In this document: positions 58,682 through 64,000 of the stretch, one piece after another
Layout of the letters: each line of letters begins with the position of its first letter
How positions within the stretch are numbered: the stretch's first letter is position 1
Virus record (IMG/VR): IMGVR_UViG_3300021335_000003
Length of the DNA stretch: 64,000 nucleotides
Source of the DNA: a virus
Reading direction: 5' to 3' (one strand)
The notes under the pieces: model-generated
What the model saw: only the letters and a program-made list of their open reading frames with translations
What the model was told of the DNA's origin: nothing
Databases searched by the model: none
Program-made: the position numbers and the translations under genes

Positions 58682-59153
58682 ATCTATCCTCCGTGCTTAA
58701 ATTTATAAAGGTGTGTTTTGTACTATCTTTCCAACCAAATACATCACCTGCTTCCCACATAGTGTATGCTTCGTCTCCAATAACACTCATTTGTCCTTCG
58801 ACACTGTCTTCCAACATAATTATATATCTATAAATTGTTTCTGATGTAAGCCTGTGATGTTTTTTATATGCACCATATAAATCACTATGTACTGGCAAAT
58901 ACTGTCCTGGCTTAAACAAGTTAATTGCAACCGAAATGTTTTTTAGTTCTGGAAAATAACTACAAATATATTCTATGCTAGGCGGCATAGGATTTGGTTC
59001 AAAATAGTTATACAGGGTCATAGCCTCTGCACTATGCCCTGCATCTAAATACTTTTGTATTAAATCTGTATCTTTGTGATGGTCTAGTTTATATTCTAAC
59101 GCACGATAGCGTTCCATATTCCATACTGGTTCTATATTAAAATGGAGGCTCAT
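58656..59153 (-). CDS. 2OG-Fe(II) oxygenase-like protein
   Basis: PGQYLPVHSD, WEAGD and KHTFINLS..DR motifs; paralog of 55886..56497. Confidence 0.7.
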   Translation of the reverse strand: MSLHFNIEPVWNMERYRALEYKLDHHKDTDLIQKYLDAGHSAEAMTLYNYFEPNPMPPSIEYICSYFPELKNISVAINLFKPGQYLPVHSDLYGAYKKHHRLTSETIYRYIIMLEDSVEGQMSVIGDEAYTMWEAGDVFGWKDSTKHTFINLSTEDRYAVQLTGI

Positions 59154-59490
59154 TTTCTGCGTCTTGTTTGCCTTGCCAGTCTTGATGCACCATAGCGTAA
59201 ATAGTTTTAAATTTTTCGTATGCTTGTGACAGTGCTGGATAATCATTACACATATCTTCTACTTTAGCAACACTTGGCATATGATCTTCAAACTCTACAG
59301 GTTCAGTTAGTGTGATTGTAAGATCATCCATTGCAATTAAATCGTCAATTCCTGAAGTGATTGTGCTTGTGGTTATATTACTAATATCAATAGTGTGTCC
59401 ATAATGATGATTGATATCTAAATCCAGTGTATCGGTTGTGTTTATAGTTATTGTAGTTTCATCTGACATGGTAATATATTCATTAGCCAT
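59137..59490 (-). CDS. Hypothetical protein
   Basis: T/I/D-rich N-terminus and MCNDYPAL..AYEKFK C-terminus. Confidence 0.6.
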   Translation of the reverse strand: MANEYITMSDETTITINTTDTLDLDINHHYGHTIDISNITTSTITSGIDDLIAMDDLTITLTEPVEFEDHMPSVAKVEDMCNDYPALSQAYEKFKTIYAMVHQDWQGKQDAENEPPF

Positions 59491-59713
59491 TGAGCGCTTC
59501 CCTAATGTTTTCAATGTTTGCCATAACTGCTGCCCAATCTTCATCATCTACATAATCTCTTTGTGTTAGCCATAATTTTACAAAAGCATCATCGGGATCT
59601 AAATCATCCAATATACCACGAATGTTAGATTCAAAAAGACTGTAACAACTCATTAAATCACCATTGTCCATGTGAGTCATAATTTCTTGTGAGTATTCAA
59701 TAAGTTTGTCCAT
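59483..59713 (-). CDS. Hypothetical protein
   Basis: Acidic 76 aa ORF, translationally coupled. Confidence 0.55.
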   Translation of the reverse strand: MDKLIEYSQEIMTHMDNGDLMSCYSLFESNIRGILDDLDPDDAFVKLWLTQRDYVDDEDWAAVMANIENIREALNG

Positions 59714-60572
59714 TTTTCCCAACTTCCAATTTGTATTGATCCAAACACATATCTTCAATGCTTTTTTCCAGTGTAACCAAATCGCTTAACTTATCTACTA
59801 CACTAGCAACAGCATCTCCAGCTCTGCGTTCAGCTTCAATAATATTTAACTTTTTACCAGTAACTTGTTCCATAGTACTGATTACTTCACGCACACTATA
59901 GCCTACGTTAGAACCAAGACATTCATAGTCCGTATTGGCTGGTCCTCGTTCCACTCCGTTGACAATGGCACTAGCCAAATCAACAACATGAATATAATCA
60001 CGAATACAAGTACCATCCCTAGTATCATAGTCCGTACCAAAGATCTTAATGTTGGGTAATTTCTCAGCAGCCACCATAGCAGCAACACGAATAAGATGGG
60101 TAGGAACGCCCAATTGACGATTATGCCCGTCAGTACCAGATACGTTAAAAAATCTAAAGATAGTGTATCCACGGGCTTTCTCCTTTATCACATCTTCTGC
60201 TGCCACTTTACTACGTGCATATGGGCTTGCCATTTCCCAAGCACTACTAGTACTAGCAAATAGTACATGTGGTGTTTCTACACGATCCAACAAGTTAGCA
60301 GTACCCATAACATTTACTCTATAGTATTCTGTAGGCTCTTTTAAACTGTCAGGTACTACACTGCGTCCTGCTAAATGTACAACAGCATCATATGTGCCAT
60401 GCACAAACTTTGTAATATCAAAACTTGAATAGTGGTCACAGTATGCCATGATATCATTGTATTCACCATGAATATTTATATCCCAAGCAGTAACGTGATG
60501 TCCGTGTTCTTTAAGTAACTTACAAACGTGACTTCCAATATAGCCTGTAGCACCTGTGACTAAAACTCTCAT
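59697..60572 (-). CDS. galE: NAD-dependent epimerase (UDP-glucose 4-epimerase-like)
   Basis: VLVTGATGYIGSH, YARSK and FGTDYDTRDGTCIRDYIHV.DLA motifs. Confidence 0.85.
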   Translation of the reverse strand: MRVLVTGATGYIGSHVCKLLKEHGHHVTAWDINIHGEYNDIMAYCDHYSSFDITKFVHGTYDAVVHLAGRSVVPDSLKEPTEYYRVNVMGTANLLDRVETPHVLFASTSSAWEMASPYARSKVAAEDVIKEKARGYTIFRFFNVSGTDGHNRQLGVPTHLIRVAAMVAAEKLPNIKIFGTDYDTRDGTCIRDYIHVVDLASAIVNGVERGPANTDYECLGSNVGYSVREVISTMEQVTGKKLNIIEAERRAGDAVASVVDKLSDLVTLEKSIEDMCLDQYKLEVGKNGQTY

Positions 60573-60955
60573 AAGTTATAACCTCTGTATTTTACTGGTG
60601 TATCCTTTAACATAATGTCGTCATCATTTACTTGTGTAATACCAAACTCATCTACCAAATGATTATACATTTTAGCAGCAGCACTAATATATGCTACGTT
60701 TTTTTGTTTGTCAACATTGTTATCAACATATGTGTCTTTTGTAAAACTGTCATCAAAACCTATGTCACGTGCAAAGTCGCTGTGGTGTTTTGCACAAAAC
60801 TCACAGCCATTGTCTTCGCTAACATAAGAAAAAATCATTTCTCTTTCTGCTCTAGTGTAACTGTTGTCAATGCCTTTGGTAAGCACAGCATCTAAAATAG
60901 TTGCTGCGCCTTTCCAAAATTCAGGTTGTTGTTTTACAAACGATAAGAAGTTCAT
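60569..60955 (-). CDS. AhpD/carboxymuconolactone decarboxylase-like protein
   Basis: EREMI..YVS..NGCEFCAKHH motif. Confidence 0.65.
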   Translation of the reverse strand: MNFLSFVKQQPEFWKGAATILDAVLTKGIDNSYTRAEREMIFSYVSEDNGCEFCAKHHSDFARDIGFDDSFTKDTYVDNNVDKQKNVAYISAAAKMYNHLVDEFGITQVNDDDIMLKDTPVKYRGYNL

Positions 60956-61242
60956 TCTTTACTTCCGATGACTCCAAAAACAATTGTTGCAATTGTTCCA
61001 AGGTATGGAACGAGAATAGCTAATGTCCACCAAGTGTTCAATCCTGCATCACGGAGACGCTTGATTGTAACAGCAATACATGCCCAAAGTGCAGCAACAA
61101 AAATACCCAGTGCAATCAATGCACCCAATGCTCCACTTTCTAGCACAATAAATCCTGCTACGTAAGCAACAATTGATAATACAATCACTGCCCAATACTC
61201 TTGACGTTTAGCCGTTCCTTCAAATTTAAAATATTCTTTCAT
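60952..61242 (-). CDS. DUF805-family membrane protein
   Basis: F.G.A.R.EYW and KRLRDAG..WW motifs; three TM segments. Confidence 0.8.
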   Translation of the reverse strand: MKEYFKFEGTAKRQEYWAVIVLSIVAYVAGFIVLESGALGALIALGIFVAALWACIAVTIKRLRDAGLNTWWTLAILVPYLGTIATIVFGVIGSKE

Positions 61243-62417
61243 TAGTACTTCCTACTTGCTACATGATCTCTGTAGCGGTTATCGTCTCTACGCCACTGTT
61301 CACCGTTACCTTGCATAATATCAATGTAACGATCAATGGTCGCACTGGTCCAATCCGACACCTTGCCCAGATCTTTGTGTGGTGCATCTAGCAATGGACC
61401 TAGTTTGTTCATTGCATCTTCTACACTCCAAGGAACATACATACGTGTATGATCATTAGCAAAGATTTCTGGAAAACTGCGATACGCTGGAAACAGTACA
61501 TTGCATCCTAATGCATCTGCTTCACTTACAGTATTGCTTGTCCAATCTTGCAAAGCACAATTGAACAATACTTTACTACGATTTACAATATCATAGTAAT
61601 GATTCTTTTTCAAGTTTTCATAAATTACAAGCTGACCACGCTCTTCCATTTTTCTAGCACGGTCAATATACTTCTGATTGTTGCTGCGTAATGGTCCACC
61701 TTGTACAATACAAAACTCTACGTCTGCTGTACCAGGAGTACCATACCATTCTTCAATCATGTCCATATAAAAGTCTGGTTGTTTCTCTTGATCAAAACGT
61801 GCTGCAAATACTACACGATTGTCACGGTTTTCCCAAGTGTTGATTTCACCAACACGTAGTGCAACTTCTGTTTTATCAAAAGCAAGTCCGCTGATGTTGT
61901 AGATAGGCGCTTTCCAGTTTGCAATTTTCATGTGTGCAACCATTTCTTCATTACTTGCTAGTACGCCAGTAACAAATTCGTTGCACATTTCTTCATACAA
62001 ACTCATCCACTTGCCCATACCCCAAACATGCACAAAGTCATCTGGATCAACAGCTTGTGCTAAACAACGAATCCAAACCTGTGGACGTTGTTCTGTGGGA
62101 ATCTGATCCATAATGTAAGGCAACGATTCCATACCAGGCTGGAACATATCTTCAAAGAAAATAACATCTTCACCTGTAACTTCACCGTTACGCATCATTT
62201 GCACCAAGTTCATCATTTGCGACATTGCAAAGTAGGAACGGCCGTGTGCATCTAGCACCTGGCCTACTTGAATTGCTTTTGTATTGTCAATTGTTGTGCC
62301 AGGCACATTAACCCAATCGATGGAGCGGCGCTGGAACGCACGCCTACTCCATTCTTCAAGTTGTAATGTATACCTGCCTTCATAGGGCTCTAAACCCATA
62401 TAAAACAGTTTTCTCAT
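61242..62417 (-). CDS. GT-B (GT4-like) glycosyltransferase, possibly DNA-modifying
   Basis: VVFAARFDQEKQP and ALQDWTSNTVSEADALGC...P.YRSFPE motifs. Confidence 0.75.
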   Translation of the reverse strand: MRKLFYMGLEPYEGRYTLQLEEWSRRAFQRRSIDWVNVPGTTIDNTKAIQVGQVLDAHGRSYFAMSQMMNLVQMMRNGEVTGEDVIFFEDMFQPGMESLPYIMDQIPTEQRPQVWIRCLAQAVDPDDFVHVWGMGKWMSLYEEMCNEFVTGVLASNEEMVAHMKIANWKAPIYNISGLAFDKTEVALRVGEINTWENRDNRVVFAARFDQEKQPDFYMDMIEEWYGTPGTADVEFCIVQGGPLRSNNQKYIDRARKMEERGQLVIYENLKKNHYYDIVNRSKVLFNCALQDWTSNTVSEADALGCNVLFPAYRSFPEIFANDHTRMYVPWSVEDAMNKLGPLLDAPHKDLGKVSDWTSATIDRYIDIMQGNGEQWRRDDNRYRDHVASRKY

Positions 62418-62623
62418 TTGCGTCCTCTATTGGCACGAGACTTTGCTCTTTGCCAGTTTCGAAATTTAGTGTAGTTTTTCCACACCCAACTCCGTTCGTT
62501 GTAAAGATTTGCTTCATTAAACGGTAGTGGATTACCGTAGCGATCAGTTTCAGTTGTGCAGTAATCACGAAAATCATCGAGATCGTTAAAAACTTTATTT
62601 ACTACCGGATTCTTGATAGTCAT
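62414..62623 (-). CDS. Small hypothetical protein
   Basis: Start MTIKNP at 62623 with AAAGG RBS. Confidence 0.6.
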   Translation of the reverse strand: MTIKNPVVNKVFNDLDDFRDYCTTETDRYGNPLPFNEANLYNERSWVWKNYTKFRNWQRAKSRANRGRK

Positions 62624-62636
62624 TATACCTTTTTCC

Positions 62637-63089
62637 TTATGCTGGGTATACAATTTGACAGCCGTTTTCGCCATCTTCGGCAACATCAATAACAACAAAC
62701 CGGCCGGGATATTTGCTGTTAATCTGTGTATACAAGTCATCTGCAATCATTTCACATGACTTGTAATCTAGTTGCAGAATATCACCTGCATACAGTGATT
62801 CTAGCCAACGTTTGAATTGAATAAATTCAATATCACGATCATTGTGTGTAACTTGGATCTGCACTTTAAAGTGGAACATATGTCGATGTGGATAACCTAA
62901 GAAACTCACATCATATTCGTCACCTGTTGCCAGTGCTGGATCATCTAATGCTGCTGGATACTTGTGGATACCTTCTTTTGTAAAAGTTACCCAAATACTA
63001 CGTTTTGCATTTTCTAATGCGTTTGTCAATTTTGCGTCCTCTTCTTTCATGCGCCTTAACATATATTCATAATAGCGTTCTTGTTCCAC
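62637..63089 (-). CDS. Divergent QueD/6-pyruvoyl-tetrahydropterin synthase-like T-fold protein
   Basis: EGIH...HRH zinc ligands, SCE and V.EDGENG. Lacks the canonical CxxxHGH Cys. Confidence 0.6.
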   Translation of the reverse strand: MEQERYYEYMLRRMKEEDAKLTNALENAKRSIWVTFTKEGIHKYPAALDDPALATGDEYDVSFLGYPHRHMFHFKVQIQVTHNDRDIEFIQFKRWLESLYAGDILQLDYKSCEMIADDLYTQINSKYPGRFVVIDVAEDGENGCQIVYPA

Positions 63090-63093
63090 TTAG

Positions 63094-63597
63094 TCAACCA
63101 ATTATTTCGTCTGTAGTGTATTTAGACCAATCAGTAAAAACGCCTTTCTCTTTTAAATCGTGTAGTCTATGCACCCACACACCAGGATTAGTAGCATCAA
63201 AATCTTTGTCATCAAGTTTCAAGCAAGCATTGTATCCTAGCTGACTTATATAAGGCATTTTAGCTGATATCATTGGAATAAAACGATTGTATTCTGTGTA
63301 TCCAGACTCTAATACCCATTCAACATCTTTTATATCAAAATCCAATGTTACCCAATATCCTTCCTTTAACAGTGGAAAGATCATTCCATCATATGCATCG
63401 TCAGTTTCGAAGCTCATATTAGCACCTATGTAGATATGCTGTATTTTTTGTTGTTCAGCATATTCTATAATTTCTTCATAATTTTGTAATCCAACAACAA
63501 ACAGTGTTTTCTTACCAAACTGTGGTGTATGTTCAACTTCAGTTCCAATAAAGAAGTTTACATTTTCATTTACACCATTATCGTAATTACGTTTCAT
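63094..63597 (-). CDS. Hypothetical phage protein
   Basis: FIGTEVEHTP..GKKTLFV and KLDDKDF..TNPGVW motifs. Confidence 0.7.
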   Translation of the reverse strand: MKRNYDNGVNENVNFFIGTEVEHTPQFGKKTLFVVGLQNYEEIIEYAEQQKIQHIYIGANMSFETDDAYDGMIFPLLKEGYWVTLDFDIKDVEWVLESGYTEYNRFIPMISAKMPYISQLGYNACLKLDDKDFDATNPGVWVHRLHDLKEKGVFTDWSKYTTDEIIG

Positions 63598-63767
63598 GAT
63601 TTTTTCACCTTGTACATTTCGTTGTATATGTTCCAACGTTGTTTGTTGTATTCATTTATTTGATCTTCAGTATAGTTGTTCTTTTGCATATTGTCAATGA
63701 TTTTATTTACATCGTCAAGTGCCATTTGCAACATTTCTAATCTGCTTGCTCTTTCATGCTCGTCCAT
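63594..63767 (-). CDS. Small hypothetical protein
   Basis: Helical ORF overlapping both neighbours. Confidence 0.55.
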   Translation of the reverse strand: MDEHERASRLEMLQMALDDVNKIIDNMQKNNYTEDQINEYNKQRWNIYNEMYKVKKS

Positions 63768-63975
63768 TAGTATAAACACCTAATTCTTTAAGTTTAGTTT
63801 TTATCCTATATATTTCATCTTTCAAAAATAGTTTCTGTGTTTTTAACACTCTAACTTCTTGAGTAACTTCAATACCGTGCCATCCGTCAATTTCATCATG
63901 TACTTTTTTGTGTTTGCGTTGAAGTTCTTCCAAATGAGATCTCAGTTTATCAGCTTCGTTATCAAAGTTACTCAT
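63754..63975 (-). CDS. Small coiled-coil protein (DUF465/YdcH-like)
   Basis: L...H..V.D.I and LK..KL.LKDEI patterns. Confidence 0.55.
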   Translation of the reverse strand: MSNFDNEADKLRSHLEELQRKHKKVHDEIDGWHGIEVTQEVRVLKTQKLFLKDEIYRIKTKLKELGVYTNGRA

Positions 63976-64000
63976 TTTACATCTCCCAAAGATTATTTTC

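Noticed and set aside
1-64000. CRISPR arrays, tRNAs, introns/inteins, DGR, integrase, stop-codon recoding
   Set aside because: No spaced direct repeats, cloverleafs, or RT/recombinase/homing motifs seen. Genes tile fully under the standard code. A tRNAscan/Infernal run would be needed to be certain.
63972-64000. 3' end of an upstream minus-strand gene (...ENNLWEM*)
   Set aside because: Too short to identify. I cannot claim it is dpdA/tgt, although checking the next window is worthwhile.

Overview
AT-rich fragment of a large lytic dsDNA tailed-phage genome with T4-like traits: a 5'-3' exonuclease/RNase H, (G/T)ATAA(A/G)TA late-promoter-like motifs before structural genes, and tail-fibre proteins. 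It uses the standard genetic code, and I saw no tRNA, rRNA, CRISPR array or integrase. Layout: (1) 1-3.5 kb, tail/baseplate structural genes. (2) 3.5-42 kb, a very large tailoring-enzyme island interleaved with virion genes. It holds 12 radical SAM genes (6 with an N-terminal twitch domain, 5 with a C-terminal SPASM/twitch domain, 1 cobalamin-dependent), 5 glycosyltransferase-like genes, 2 QueC-like PP-loop ATPases, 2 further methyltransferases, 3 SGNH-like proteins, an SDR, an adenylate-forming enzyme with a GNAT-like partner, 2 membrane fatty-acid desaturases, 4 2OG-Fe(II) oxygenases, a sulfotransferase-like gene and a subtilase carrying a cupredoxin insert. (3) 42-50 kb, small conserved and early genes with tandem sigma70-type promoters, an AAA+/VWA-peptidase pair, a stand-alone Smr protein and RNase H. 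(4) 50-64 kb, a purine/7-deazapurine and sugar-modification operon: queE, folE, guaC, a purine PRTase, an amidinotransferase, a PLP enzyme, oxygenases, a radical SAM enzyme, galE, a GT-B glycosyltransferase and a QueD-like T-fold protein. The strongest candidates for an undescribed system are the phage-borne poly-radical-SAM/glycosyl modification island and a toyocamycin/tubercidin-like 7-deazapurine nucleotide gene set with a guanidino-sugar tailoring module. All product calls come from reading motifs by eye; no database search was run.
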